Virus record (IMG/VR): IMGVR_UViG_3300030419_004440
Location: 1-64,000 of that record
Length of the DNA: 64,000 nucleotides
Direction: 5' to 3' (one strand)
Source of the DNA: a virus
Made by a program: the position numbers and the translations under genes. Below, one piece after another: positions 21,101 through 30,380 of this stretch. The first letter of the stretch is position 1; every line of letters begins with the position of its first letter. Under the pieces are notes generated by a model, which was not told the DNA's origin, did no database searches, and was given only the letters and a program-made list of their open reading frames with translations.

Positions 21101-24100
21101 GGAGCACCATTCGCCAAGTGGACTAGAGAGTTTGACACTATCTCCACTTCGGGATTACCCATTAGCATGATTGTATTCACCGACTCGTTTAAGTACACAA
21201 AAGAAAAGGTTGCACAGATAGCAACCGTAGCCAGAAAATGGGATATACTTTATAAGTACTTCTCGGCACCTTGGCACGCTGGGACTGATCATGAATTCCA
21301 ACCTCAGCTAGACATCAAGCTTCTGATATTCCAAATAGCTAGGTCGTCACAGGACAAACCTCCCGTGGAACATGACCACGAGTGGTTCCGGCATAAATAT
21401 TTGCCAAGAATGGATGATAAAGATATACTAACAGATATAAACGGAAACGATAACACACAAAATGTTTATAACACCATGCTTAGTGGTGTAAAGACTGAGT
21501 TTCTGTCAGCCTTTAAATCGCCTAAATTCGGACCTCATAGTGGAATCCCGCCAATCGTAGGTATTTTCAGGGAAAAGAGTAACAGTGCTGGACTTGGTGC
21601 ATTTTGGAACCCTCTAGACGGCGGCGATATAGTAACTGACTTCACTAATTTCTATGAGTGGTATGCTCTTAATAGCGGCGTAGTAGACCCAGAAACCACT
21701 CCATCTTGGACGAACGAAGACGGCTATGTTAGCCTAACTAAAGGCCCATCTGAAGACTGGGCACAAACGTCAATATCATTATTAAATAACACATTAAGCA
21801 CAGGAAATCTAATAGCTAAAGACGCCCTAAAATATGTTACTAGTGGCATTGGTCAAGATTGGGCACAAGAGAATGCGTATGAATTCCAGATACCTCCTTC
21901 TTCTGGTGGTAGAGTTTTCATTTTTGAAAAAGAGAGCGGCGTATTCAACTGTGTTCAAGAGATAAAATCGTTTGGAGATAGAGTTACAAACAACCTCGGA
22001 GGAGGCGGAGGCGGTGGAGACGACGACCCCGGAGGCGGCGGTAGTGACGGAGGCGATAGCGGCGGCGGCGACGGTGGAGATAAAGATTTCACGTTTGGAT
22101 ACGGCGTTCAATATAATGACAGATATGGACACTCAGTTTCTATAAGTGAGAATTCTGAAATAATTTCTGTAGGCTCCCCTTACACAGGAACGCCATGTGA
22201 GATTTACCAAAGAGACGATTCTGAAAACAATAGAATGTATGAGAAGGTAAGAGACTACCTCGTCATTCTTTCTCAAGAATCTGATCCACCAGACATGACT
22301 GCGGTTAACAGGTATGATTCACTATTAGCCGATTCAGGTGTTGATATAGCTAGAAGGGTCAGCTATCACGAAATGACACAGGACAACAAGCTGGGTATTA
22401 GAATAAAATATGATATCGAGCTTTACAAGCCTATATACGAATACAGTTATGGGGATATTAAGGCGTATGGCACTTGGCAGTTCTTGCTTAATGAGTTCTT
22501 GGGTACATCTAGACTCGGCTACAGCACGTCTGTTAGTGACGATGGGAACATTGTAGCCTTCGGTGCTCCAACAGACTCAATGAGTCTTTTTGAAGATTCT
22601 AATGTTTGGGGTAGAGGTAAAGAAACTTTCGCTTCTTATACTAATGCTGGTGCGGTCAGGATATTTGAATCTAGAAATAAATATCCACATAGCGGCGTTG
22701 TGGAATTCACGAGATTTGGCAACCTAGATAGGGCCATGCATGAAGAGGAAAGAAATCAAGGGCTCTACGATCAAATGGGCTTGTATTTCCAGCCTGCTGA
22801 CTTACCATTTAGCAGAACAGAATTTGAAGATCTTGAAATCCCGAGAACCGCCGGTTTAGCATTTATTATAACACCAGAGTTAGATGCTGATAGTGACGAA
22901 ATTATTGAAAACATTAAAAATTGGCTTGCTTTAGGTGACAGAACATTGGTTCTTGTTGGAAATGACCCAATCTACGAAGAGGACGGTTTATATAAAGAGT
23001 CCAACGATATAATTAATAGAATACTTAAAAAACTTGGTTCGCGTATGAGAATTCATCCTGCCAACACTAAGTATGAAGCGTTGGTCGGAGATGGCAACCT
23101 TTATCAGGATACGGATGGATGCATTGATTCAACAAACGTGTTTGATGATCGCTTTAATGTTATCAAGGCTCATCAGCCATCCTATAATTGGCACAATTTC
23201 ATTGCGTCACCAATATCAACTGGCAGCCTGTTTGCCAAGGGTGTCGGAGATATTAGGATAGACCTTTCTGATGTAGAGTTAGAAGATTTTATACAGATAT
23301 CACCCTGCGACGATTTGAATGCAGAAGTTTGTAATATGCCGCTTAAGCACTTGGGAGACCTCAGAGCTGAGTGGACACAGGAATGCACAAGAACCATAGG
23401 AAGCAAAACTATAAAGGTTAAGTATAAGAATAACTGGCCATTCCACTTTGGTAATAAAAATCCGGCACAAGGATGCGACTATTACCCAACAAGTCCGAAA
23501 CCTTTCATTAATAGACCACACCAAGACATCGTGCCGGTATTAACGGCGGCAGAATGGACTCCCGATGAGATTATTATTATTCCAGCTAAAGAAGGAGAAA
23601 ACTGCTGGAAGGAGCCTTGTTTTGAATGGGTTAAATATTGGGTCAACGAAGAGCATAAAGAGTTTGCTGGACAACAAGAAGATTGGACGCAATTCTCTAT
23701 ATACGAAGATTCAGACTCCAACTTTGACGGGACATTTAAAGAATACGACTTTGGAACGTTCTTTGATCCAGAAAAGAAAAACACAAGAGATAGCATACTT
23801 CAAGCAGAGGGTGTGATTTACGACGGAAGAACAATAAGAAGAGAAAGAACACTATTACCAGACAGTATACTGGCCCTTGAAGAAGCTTACTATATAAAAA
23901 CCGGAGACTCCAAGACTAAAACTACTTCTAATGTAATTATAATGGCTTCGTTGCTCGGAGAAAACACTAGGAGTTTCGGTGCGACCGGTGACGATGATGA
24001 AAATAGCAATAATGACGATCAAAATGTTCTATTCTATATAAATACATTGATGAATAGCTGTACTAGCACCGGCAAGGTTTTACAGCTTGGCGGATGGACC

Positions 24101-27100
24101 GGTAGGACTTCATTTAAGTCTTCCTATTCAACCAAACAGGAAGATCAAGCCGTAAACATTATAAAAGAGATGCTTGAGTCATACGGCATAGAGGTGGAAG
24201 AGAATTTTGTACTAGCAGACAAGGAGGCACCGTTCCCAGAAACAGATTCTACTACTGGTACTGAAGTAACAACGCTATGGATAGCCAATCCTTTAGGTAA
24301 ACCGGATGCTCAAGAAATAAGTAGGATAAATGAGTTCTTGCAGAGGGGAGACAAGAGGGTAGTCGTAACATACGCAGGTAATAATCCAGATTATACACAG
24401 TCGATAGCTGAAAACGTTGAATACATATGCGAATCTCTTAATCTTGAGAGCAAACCCCTGTACGTACCTTCTATTGGCGAATACTTTGTTCAGACATCAG
24501 ACCTTGTACGTGACGGTAATGAAATGGATTATCCGTATGATCCTCAAATGGATGCGATACAGATAGTTAATCCGGAAACTATACCCACCACAGGGTGTAG
24601 ATCGGGGTACGAATGGTATGGCCCACACGATGTAGAACCTGTAGACACTAAGGTAGAAAAATTTGCACTGTGGCCTTATGGATTTTCAGACTTCGGTCCA
24701 GATGGAAATCTTAATAAGGCTGAAGATTATGTCCCAGTTTCTGGCGGAGGAGACTTCAAGAGGATAATCTCCTACAATGAACCTATCAAAGACACGGAAA
24801 CTATAACGCCGTCACTCTTTAAAATAGACGCAAAATCCACAGTGAAGTTTGATACGCTGCCCGGCTCTGGATATAGAGTGTTCTTTAATAATATTTCAGA
24901 AACAGACAACGACTACTACGACATAGATGTCGAAGTATATCCCGTAAACAATAACCCTGATGACAAAGATGGGTCACTGGGCGGCGGAAATACTGCTTAT
25001 CTGAAGTTGCCAAAAACCTCTGCAAGATCTAAGATTTCCCAACACGTAGATTTTGTAGCAAAAGAAGATTCTATAACGGTAGACTTTACTTCAAAGCATC
25101 TACGTATAGATCCGGACAAAGAGCAGGAGCTAGGAAGAGGGCTTCCTCCTTTAACTACTAGAGTGCTTTCAGTTTCTGGATGCCCGCTCCCGATAGAAAC
25201 AATAATAGAGTCTAAAGAAAAAACAAAACGAGTCCCTTGTGACCCACCTTTCACTATTAAATGTGAAAAATGGTTTGAGCCAGAAAAAAGAATTGTGATT
25301 CCGGGCGAATTTAGATCTATTAAACATGCTAGTGAGCCGTACTGTAATCCACAAAGCGATTGTCCTCCAAGAGGTGAGATGTTAATAGAGGACGGTCCAG
25401 TGATCGTAGCCGAAGAATTTGAACATTTCTCCCCCGGCTTAAATGGTGATTCGAGGTCTAAGATCGTTGTTGTGACCGACTCCACCATGATACAAGGTCA
25501 ATGCCCGCAATATAGATCTGATGCATTAGCAGAAAATCAAGCCTTTATACGAAGCCTGTACCCAAGTTCTCCCAATAGATCGGGACGAGGCGATGCGGGT
25601 GCTGGAGGTGTAGACGAGAGAGACCCCAACCTCTTATCTGGAAGACAGTTTGAGTTTACCCAAAAGTTACGCGGTCCAGAGCGTGGAAGTCCAGCGAAAT
25701 ACTACGGGATTTCAGGTATAACTAACACAATTAGTCCACTGTATGACTTGGGCGGGGTTAGCAACAAGCTTTATCAGTATGTTGACAATGAAGACACTTA
25801 CGATCCCTCAGACCCCGGATTCACCAGAGAGCCCGATCCTGTACACCCAACGCAAATTGCCGAAGAGATTAAGAAATTCGGCAAAAATAGATTACCTGTA
25901 TATGGCTTATATCCTCGATATAGTGGCGACTTCTTGAATTTAGGTTCCTATGTTATAGAGGGTACTGAGCGAGACTATTTGGTGGACGCGGGAAGGGCTG
26001 GCGGTTTACCAGATTTAATGAAATTCAATGGTACCGACTATTTGGACTTTGAACTTTACGATTCTGGATGCCCCGGTGATCTATTTGGATTCTCTGTTGA
26101 TATAACCCAAAACAAACTTATTGTTGGAACACCGTTTAACGCCTTCAGAACTCAGTACGCAGCGAGCGGAGTGAGCGGAATAGTTCAATGGCACGAAATA
26201 GAAAATGATCCAACACGATCTGGGGTAGAGATTTGTGAGAATGGTGGAGGAGGAGCCGCCTTCTACTTTGAAAGAACTGGTAGCGGTTCAAATGTTGTGA
26301 GCGAATTTTTGCCTTGGGAATTTAAGCAGAAAATTAAACCAGACAGTGTTAATGCGGGACTTCTTGCGGCCAGCGTAGGTTGTTTGGCGTCACTTGGGGA
26401 TCACAACCTAGACACAAGCTTTATACAGGACCACGGTAGGAAACCTGACCAGTTTGGACACTCGGTGGCTATTGATGCTGACGTAGCAGTCGTGGGATCA
26501 CCCAATCATAACTTTGAGACGTTACATGATCACAGTATTTATAACAGCGGAGAGTTTTTAAGAAAAGAATTTGACAGAGCGTTTGTTATACCACATCACG
26601 TTATGGATGATTTAGGCTCATCCGGAGTTAGAGGAGACACCTTCGCTAACAATAGCGGGACGATGGTTCTAAACAACGGTGCGGTTTACAGCTTTAAACA
26701 CGCCATGGTGGATTGGACGACAAGAACTAAAGAATGGCAGTTTAGAGAAAAGCTTAATGCACAAGGCTTTAAAGATAGAACTGCTGCTAGCACAAAATTC
26801 GCCATAACAGCTAGCGGATGCGAAAATGACAACTTTGGCTGGTCTGTTGCTCTAAACAGAGCCAAGCGGGGAGACAGTGATTACACACTTGTTGTTGGTG
26901 CTCCTTTCCATGACTTTGCAACAAGCGGTAGTCACCCAATAAGCTCCGGAGTCATTGGCTTGTCTCATGACCATAGCGGAGTTTTAACACCTGAATCAGG
27001 GAATGGTCTGACCGATGCTGGATCTGTCTACACCTTTGACGGTATGCTTAGAGGACAAATTCCGTCCGTACCTAACTCAGGGGGTTGGATAGAGGTTGAA

Positions 27101-27778
27101 ACGTTTGGAAATAAAGGCACTTCAGACAGGGTGGTAACCAGAGTTGTTCAGCCGACTGTGGGGTTACCTCAAAGAACACTGGTTAGCGGACTTATTTTTG
27201 CTAATGAAAATGGAGACATATTCCTTGAGGCTTCTGGTTTTGACGCTTCACCAAAAGGCTTTGTATCCCATAGACCGTATGTAGAGTCAATTGTGGGAAC
27301 GTTATTAACAGGAACCTCCAATTCAGGCTCTATGAATTTAAACATATTTGGCAAGCCAAATTGGATAGATAACGCTTGGCCTGTATTAGTTGGCGATGAG
27401 CACTTTAGTGCAGATTTCTCTAATGATTTGAACTCCATGATTCACAGACCGTCTGGAATGAGCCTCTTTATTCCGGGTCCATCCAGCGTAAATGTGTATA
27501 ATAATGGGGTAGGACACCAAACTTTAAACGATTATAGGGGTGTTACACTATTCTCAGAGAGTGGTGGCGTATTAACCCCATTCACCCTTAATATTGAGGG
27601 GGTTGCTGGACATGCTTATGCGTATCCTGCAATTACCAGTGGTATCCCATCTGGGCTATCCTTGACGTTGTGGGTGCCATCTGGCACAACTTACGGTAGC
27701 GGATTAAACTTAAATATAGGCTCTGAATTTCCGAATAACTCAGGTAACCCACTTAATATGAATATTAGAGGTCGATAA
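15113..27778 (+). CDS. Giant virion tail/adhesion protein (4221 aa) with a LamG/ConA-like domain and seven FG-GAP (integrin-alpha-type) repeats
   Basis: LamG-like GGFSVFIRFTP...GVLFSKW...FALGYKDG at about 17900-18400; seven (F/Y/L)GxSV...VG(A/S/T)P repeats; directly downstream of the tape measure gene. Confidence 0.7.
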   Translation: MESKPKHLKFLECLCVKKTDANVASSSAISAKASCNPANIKSIAVGHGDIHKADMVRVRCQSLTLSGEASISAKLSAKGIMINASLDGEGDIHKQDLTAKYSAKENLENITKLNPTVLEKIKGDFGDFECVQKLYPIKDVETDLTLGKFVGPYKESGNLYTFIDDGVFTGDHDKQFGQSQILSDDAGGYIQPLTFSTDGEFQYKANITNVLVRPDETRFRMRASAPIRNYEAKIAPRYTVHNIKLTDPSGNLVVHYNDIIFKGDSDQDNEPEKNFATFSSSPKTNNVTKYYGWQDGYPLMDMVTGYQISFDVKVEALDDAFDTGFDKGFEENHILFESSASGSDYLALDGTPISTQDPTLINPTKNIRISAIEICNSGVLGEGYGPRHENYLSLYAEVPVKGRRIERKIVPNFMPLASVSGFDTGVWPTVSSIWEPNNVPNTSNLNECGSEQIIKNISDGLDTTYATLDTIGHHLDSGKLTLRFTHGRNITEITQGAFGCGFDQSTCNSWYSPSGAFDTENKTPLQDKNGFFTVESVTLKVRAKKATGTRDFVFDVVGYSDDKLLNVTKAPSGFLQNPSGVQVNNVIFASEGVHPYASGFLPHSSDLALGGDGLSEKDYHFEASGNHGGDHYSLTTYPVVRSTEFADYEVPLKIFDDDVNLGKSRDYTMGSLFENLYLDIYPLPTGVSIADIHLLVRFAPQDAFNLSVQGGEEKRTIPYGRSEGKLFPIARNSSGDAMLNAGSGYNPLSTISNIPHAYATPSSIKSNYSRRWRGMEGTVNGPFDVDMFSFGFENPHVDFPFKLGYYDFASFDTDSGPTHFLNRNKGLNLMGSGEHTECDLFLRNGSYQFDIVKNIGWRFSSGTIFQNHLPGYTTSYETTDWTSYSDGSRDFTNDDLYGKIADAFDTAVRVSGRGGGTYLDLSADDGIINTSGGFSVFIRFTPDKNVSGKISSTEYNLFNSGVLFSKWESPSHLDFALGYKDGYLTAYAKDMDENLIEIQDTLKYHAYSYPLSVLLTYNDHDQSGLKLYTDNEANRHTYTEAFDSSLDGEHIYIRASSDPFRKVHIPNKGVDDPNVTVGWAGGSGVGMNMFVTEFGMSTWESGVNSGADRIYPYGSGTNIVEYNADRTHKQVTASEFLAGVRAKFYEPEENYNTDTYELWDYVNEDTVVDWNLGDFAYKSFTHEFSSLASTVGKRTGRDLIGFNLKHHGSGYIQYANYAMPANVDSGVAYHTQIENDFLRFHLSETADNFYSAHKRISKNLPAGYKFSENSLVVDTVIEHETDNIISWNKCLSSANVTCTEHRHHYEGLYGPKLIVSLYTKRQEPRWSTDEPNWGLVNRDIHYLPASGAISKLTSSFSYDSLVDETEEWALFPNEPRYKDFDERYFSSDVDDMFLQYDIVYPSGPPFQSRVNIHSAHVRMEDALVCATQDIGKMNFYASGANSLNVNLETFISGGFNPTDPKLKLYTHGSLVPWSGLNLITSGMMRVESSGFPLFSMSSLWMESPIWPPASGMQLLVSGNTPSSESGLFNLTLPNAHGIASVNMPLTLVNTTTSYIPSGGTLDLFVYAADGNVASGTTGIRAVPFNMNIAGKGAKTKFSLNGSLNMNVFGFAIPENRFPSVAMPLFIEGTPAVTASMPLYVTNIPKVVNTSTTSDGSDDGLINGLNLFTANYAGAGSDYLMWYSESFGRAITEADNPYASVSVGNDIRGVDLIGYGSCTGNSTKKAIDPALITDDTVWREETCNEGGIFRAISTYTNLTTSGFGDTTGFSGNYYGIRKYTGLRPGAPYQATMSVLTGNTDPIKVPRDLEDWEYGHCGPRHFNDAGGSSGCCDAYEGCRGNNLVYSGAKMIGDYPVIGDKYASQLNSLTPVSGRNPKDNYGRAVSVMGDLMAVGSPNIHVPYIDSVGNIERTVDEAGSIFLYRRDTDVAGTKAPWSMEDRLMLPSGYRKDFVSRVVKNLITYDQWSISGKQWNVGQEGRRLGYSLDLCSSGDRETIVAGAPFAKWTREFDTISTSGLPISMIVFTDSFKYTKEKVAQIATVARKWDILYKYFSAPWHAGTDHEFQPQLDIKLLIFQIARSSQDKPPVEHDHEWFRHKYLPRMDDKDILTDINGNDNTQNVYNTMLSGVKTEFLSAFKSPKFGPHSGIPPIVGIFREKSNSAGLGAFWNPLDGGDIVTDFTNFYEWYALNSGVVDPETTPSWTNEDGYVSLTKGPSEDWAQTSISLLNNTLSTGNLIAKDALKYVTSGIGQDWAQENAYEFQIPPSSGGRVFIFEKESGVFNCVQEIKSFGDRVTNNLGGGGGGGDDDPGGGGSDGGDSGGGDGGDKDFTFGYGVQYNDRYGHSVSISENSEIISVGSPYTGTPCEIYQRDDSENNRMYEKVRDYLVILSQESDPPDMTAVNRYDSLLADSGVDIARRVSYHEMTQDNKLGIRIKYDIELYKPIYEYSYGDIKAYGTWQFLLNEFLGTSRLGYSTSVSDDGNIVAFGAPTDSMSLFEDSNVWGRGKETFASYTNAGAVRIFESRNKYPHSGVVEFTRFGNLDRAMHEEERNQGLYDQMGLYFQPADLPFSRTEFEDLEIPRTAGLAFIITPELDADSDEIIENIKNWLALGDRTLVLVGNDPIYEEDGLYKESNDIINRILKKLGSRMRIHPANTKYEALVGDGNLYQDTDGCIDSTNVFDDRFNVIKAHQPSYNWHNFIASPISTGSLFAKGVGDIRIDLSDVELEDFIQISPCDDLNAEVCNMPLKHLGDLRAEWTQECTRTIGSKTIKVKYKNNWPFHFGNKNPAQGCDYYPTSPKPFINRPHQDIVPVLTAAEWTPDEIIIIPAKEGENCWKEPCFEWVKYWVNEEHKEFAGQQEDWTQFSIYEDSDSNFDGTFKEYDFGTFFDPEKKNTRDSILQAEGVIYDGRTIRRERTLLPDSILALEEAYYIKTGDSKTKTTSNVIIMASLLGENTRSFGATGDDDENSNNDDQNVLFYINTLMNSCTSTGKVLQLGGWTGRTSFKSSYSTKQEDQAVNIIKEMLESYGIEVEENFVLADKEAPFPETDSTTGTEVTTLWIANPLGKPDAQEISRINEFLQRGDKRVVVTYAGNNPDYTQSIAENVEYICESLNLESKPLYVPSIGEYFVQTSDLVRDGNEMDYPYDPQMDAIQIVNPETIPTTGCRSGYEWYGPHDVEPVDTKVEKFALWPYGFSDFGPDGNLNKAEDYVPVSGGGDFKRIISYNEPIKDTETITPSLFKIDAKSTVKFDTLPGSGYRVFFNNISETDNDYYDIDVEVYPVNNNPDDKDGSLGGGNTAYLKLPKTSARSKISQHVDFVAKEDSITVDFTSKHLRIDPDKEQELGRGLPPLTTRVLSVSGCPLPIETIIESKEKTKRVPCDPPFTIKCEKWFEPEKRIVIPGEFRSIKHASEPYCNPQSDCPPRGEMLIEDGPVIVAEEFEHFSPGLNGDSRSKIVVVTDSTMIQGQCPQYRSDALAENQAFIRSLYPSSPNRSGRGDAGAGGVDERDPNLLSGRQFEFTQKLRGPERGSPAKYYGISGITNTISPLYDLGGVSNKLYQYVDNEDTYDPSDPGFTREPDPVHPTQIAEEIKKFGKNRLPVYGLYPRYSGDFLNLGSYVIEGTERDYLVDAGRAGGLPDLMKFNGTDYLDFELYDSGCPGDLFGFSVDITQNKLIVGTPFNAFRTQYAASGVSGIVQWHEIENDPTRSGVEICENGGGGAAFYFERTGSGSNVVSEFLPWEFKQKIKPDSVNAGLLAASVGCLASLGDHNLDTSFIQDHGRKPDQFGHSVAIDADVAVVGSPNHNFETLHDHSIYNSGEFLRKEFDRAFVIPHHVMDDLGSSGVRGDTFANNSGTMVLNNGAVYSFKHAMVDWTTRTKEWQFREKLNAQGFKDRTAASTKFAITASGCENDNFGWSVALNRAKRGDSDYTLVVGAPFHDFATSGSHPISSGVIGLSHDHSGVLTPESGNGLTDAGSVYTFDGMLRGQIPSVPNSGGWIEVETFGNKGTSDRVVTRVVQPTVGLPQRTLVSGLIFANENGDIFLEASGFDASPKGFVSHRPYVESIVGTLLTGTSNSGSMNLNIFGKPNWIDNAWPVLVGDEHFSADFSNDLNSMIHRPSGMSLFIPGPSSVNVYNNGVGHQTLNDYRGVTLFSESGGVLTPFTLNIEGVAGHAYAYPAITSGIPSGLSLTLWVPSGTTYGSGLNLNIGSEFPNNSGNPLNMNIRGR

Positions 27779-29625
27779 TGCCAATTAGAGTAAGATATAA
27801 AAACCTAGTAAATCAAGAGTGTACCATAAGGCCTACACCTTTGGTGTCTATCAGCTCACAGCTAAACAAGACGGAATCTGGAGATATATTAGGTGTTACT
27901 TATGATATAACGCTGAAAGGAACGTTGTTACCGGATCAGGGGACTCCGTATGGACTTTCTAATATCACTCAATCCCTTTTTCCATTTCATGGGGACGGCA
28001 CGCTAGATAATTTGAATTTGGTCGGCCCATATAACACATTTGACAATAATCAAAGCCATTTTGGAAAGAACAAACCGCCCGCACAAGCTGTTTCTCAACA
28101 GCAACTAGCTCAATCCATCTTTATGAAGCAAAGATCTCTAAGAGAGCTTTTTGCAAATCATGGTCAAAGAATGGAGATTAGCGATGTTGAGTTTGATACC
28201 GCTAGTATTGTTTGTTACCCAAGGATTGTTGGTATTTCCTTTTCAGAAGGGACACTCGTTGACAAGTGTGAGTACACAATAACCCTACAGGCAGACACGT
28301 TATTTTCTGTTGCCGGTCAAAGCAGTGTAGACGCGGATGGAAACAGAAATCAGTCTGAATGGCATGATCACCCGGCTGGCAACAGCATCCCCCTTCAAGA
28401 TGAACAGGCATTTATTGATCATTACGGCAACGCATTTGTCAGAGATTTTAAAGAAGACTGGTCTATTGAGGTAGATGAAGAACAAGCCGAAACAATAAGT
28501 CTAAGCGATGAAAGTATTGATAGAACCTATAGAATTACACACAATATCTCTGCTGTTGGTAAAGACCACTATAAACCAAAGGAAGACGGCACAACAGAGA
28601 GATTAGTAGCTTGGATTCAAGCCAAGAAATTTGTTCAAACCAGACTTGTCGACGACCCGCAAACCGACTACCCGAACATGAGTGGTGTTTTACCATTTAT
28701 GACTGAAACTACGGGGTCGCCACTTCCTAACTTTTTGGGTAGGATAGGTGCTGGCACAATAGATTTACTTGATGATTATGGTGGTTACAACCATGTAAGA
28801 ACAGAAAACATAGACGAAACCGGGGGTAGTTATAGTGTAACCGAGACTTGGCTACTAGCTAGGGGTACTGCTTACGAGAATTATAACCTTAGCATAAGCA
28901 GTAATACAGGCTCCCCGTTCACAAACGTAAAGATAGATGGAAACATAAAGGGGTTGTCAGCTTTAGACCCGAACGCAAGAGAGTATGGGGGTAAAAATAA
29001 TACAGATAGAGATAGCATAGGTACTTATACAGGTACCGCATATGAAAACGCACTAACTCACTACAACAAAATTACACAAAGTCAAGAATTTGGCATAGGT
29101 AGCTTAGTATACAAAAGAGCTAACAATCAAACACAGGTTGCGTTGAACTCTGAACCGCTTTCAGTTTCCTTGGGGGCAACTAAAAGCACAGGAGAGTTAA
29201 CTTATTCATTGGAATTTGACAATAGGCCGACTAATATAATATCAAACGTGGTTAGTGAAACTATCAATGTAAATGATACCTATCCGGGCGATGTTTTTTC
29301 AGTTATCCCCGTTATAGGGAGAGCCACAGGCCCGGTACTACAGTATATAGGAGGAAGAAGTGAATATAAGAGAGATATATCTATAAATTTAGTTATGGAC
29401 CAAACGAAAATACCTTACGGTGCGACTAGGCAATCTTTATTACTATTAAAACCTAGCGTAAACGAGCCCACCGCAACAGAGATAGCCAAGCTCCTTGACG
29501 CATTAAGCCCCGCAGGAGAGCCGGGAGTTAGAAAGTATTTTATAGGCCCGCCCTCAGAAAGCTGGGAGCCAAAAACTGGAACTTATAGTCTTAATTTGTC
29601 GATCACATATGAGCTTAATAGGTAA
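27778..29625 (+). CDS. Putative tail tip/baseplate hub protein
   Basis: TAATG-coupled to the upstream gene. Repeated beta-strand units (YDITLKGTL, YTITLQAD, YSVTETWLL, YSLEFD, YSLNLSITYE); synteny. Confidence 0.5.
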   Translation: MPIRVRYKNLVNQECTIRPTPLVSISSQLNKTESGDILGVTYDITLKGTLLPDQGTPYGLSNITQSLFPFHGDGTLDNLNLVGPYNTFDNNQSHFGKNKPPAQAVSQQQLAQSIFMKQRSLRELFANHGQRMEISDVEFDTASIVCYPRIVGISFSEGTLVDKCEYTITLQADTLFSVAGQSSVDADGNRNQSEWHDHPAGNSIPLQDEQAFIDHYGNAFVRDFKEDWSIEVDEEQAETISLSDESIDRTYRITHNISAVGKDHYKPKEDGTTERLVAWIQAKKFVQTRLVDDPQTDYPNMSGVLPFMTETTGSPLPNFLGRIGAGTIDLLDDYGGYNHVRTENIDETGGSYSVTETWLLARGTAYENYNLSISSNTGSPFTNVKIDGNIKGLSALDPNAREYGGKNNTDRDSIGTYTGTAYENALTHYNKITQSQEFGIGSLVYKRANNQTQVALNSEPLSVSLGATKSTGELTYSLEFDNRPTNIISNVVSETINVNDTYPGDVFSVIPVIGRATGPVLQYIGGRSEYKRDISINLVMDQTKIPYGATRQSLLLLKPSVNEPTATEIAKLLDALSPAGEPGVRKYFIGPPSESWEPKTGTYSLNLSITYELNR

Positions 29626-29633
29626 GGATACTA

Positions 29634-30362
29634 ATGGGATTTGATATATCGGAATATCCGGAAAAAAGCGGAATACTGATCGGTACGCCTAACCATATGG
29701 CTGCTTCTGGTATGCTTGACGCTACCGGCATTGTAGGTTGGGAAGACTACACTGTTAAATACTATGCACTAACTAGCAGTACAGGTGTTTTTACCGGAAA
29801 CATATTTGATTATAGACAAGATCGAGATTTTGTTCATACCACGGGGGTTCCGGGGAAGCTGATACAAGGCTTTGAGGGTCGTGGAATAAACAGGTTTTAT
29901 GTCTCGCCAACGGGCTATAAATATGGAAATACTTCATACGCATTTACTGGAACCCTTTACGGCACTTCCGGGATTATAATTACGTATCCACCCAGCGTGG
30001 CAAGAAAGTCTAAATGGGGATATGCGGGAAATCACCCAGAGTACGCATCCTATGATGGCAGTAAAGGCACAGGGGTTTTTAATTTTGCGGGATTCCTAAG
30101 CAATTTTTCAAATGCCGTCGTTTCAAAACTGGTTGCCGGTGCGGTGGGAATAGATGACTTTAACATATTTGGCGACTACATTCACTATTTATCATTTAAT
30201 TCCAAGTCAACCGAGAAAGACGCCCGTGAAGTAAGAATACGCTTTGTATCAGATATGGTTCCAGAGGAAGATGTGCACGATCCGTATAGCTCTAAAGCGT
30301 TTCTTAGAGAAAGAGAAACCCACTTCCGGTCTGACCCTGATTATTCTAACGAAGGGGTATAA
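29634..30362 (+). CDS. Hypothetical virion protein (SG/TG-rich)
   Basis: AAGGA RBS; co-oriented within the tail module. Confidence 0.6.
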   Translation: MGFDISEYPEKSGILIGTPNHMAASGMLDATGIVGWEDYTVKYYALTSSTGVFTGNIFDYRQDRDFVHTTGVPGKLIQGFEGRGINRFYVSPTGYKYGNTSYAFTGTLYGTSGIIITYPPSVARKSKWGYAGNHPEYASYDGSKGTGVFNFAGFLSNFSNAVVSKLVAGAVGIDDFNIFGDYIHYLSFNSKSTEKDAREVRIRFVSDMVPEEDVHDPYSSKAFLRERETHFRSDPDYSNEGV

Positions 30363-30380
30363 GAAGGACAATAAGATAAC

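Noticed and set aside
21997-22082. GC-rich GGC/GGA run encoding GGGGGGGDDDPGGGGSDGGDSGGGDGG
   Set aside because: A low-complexity linker within the CDS, not a mobile element or regulatory repeat.
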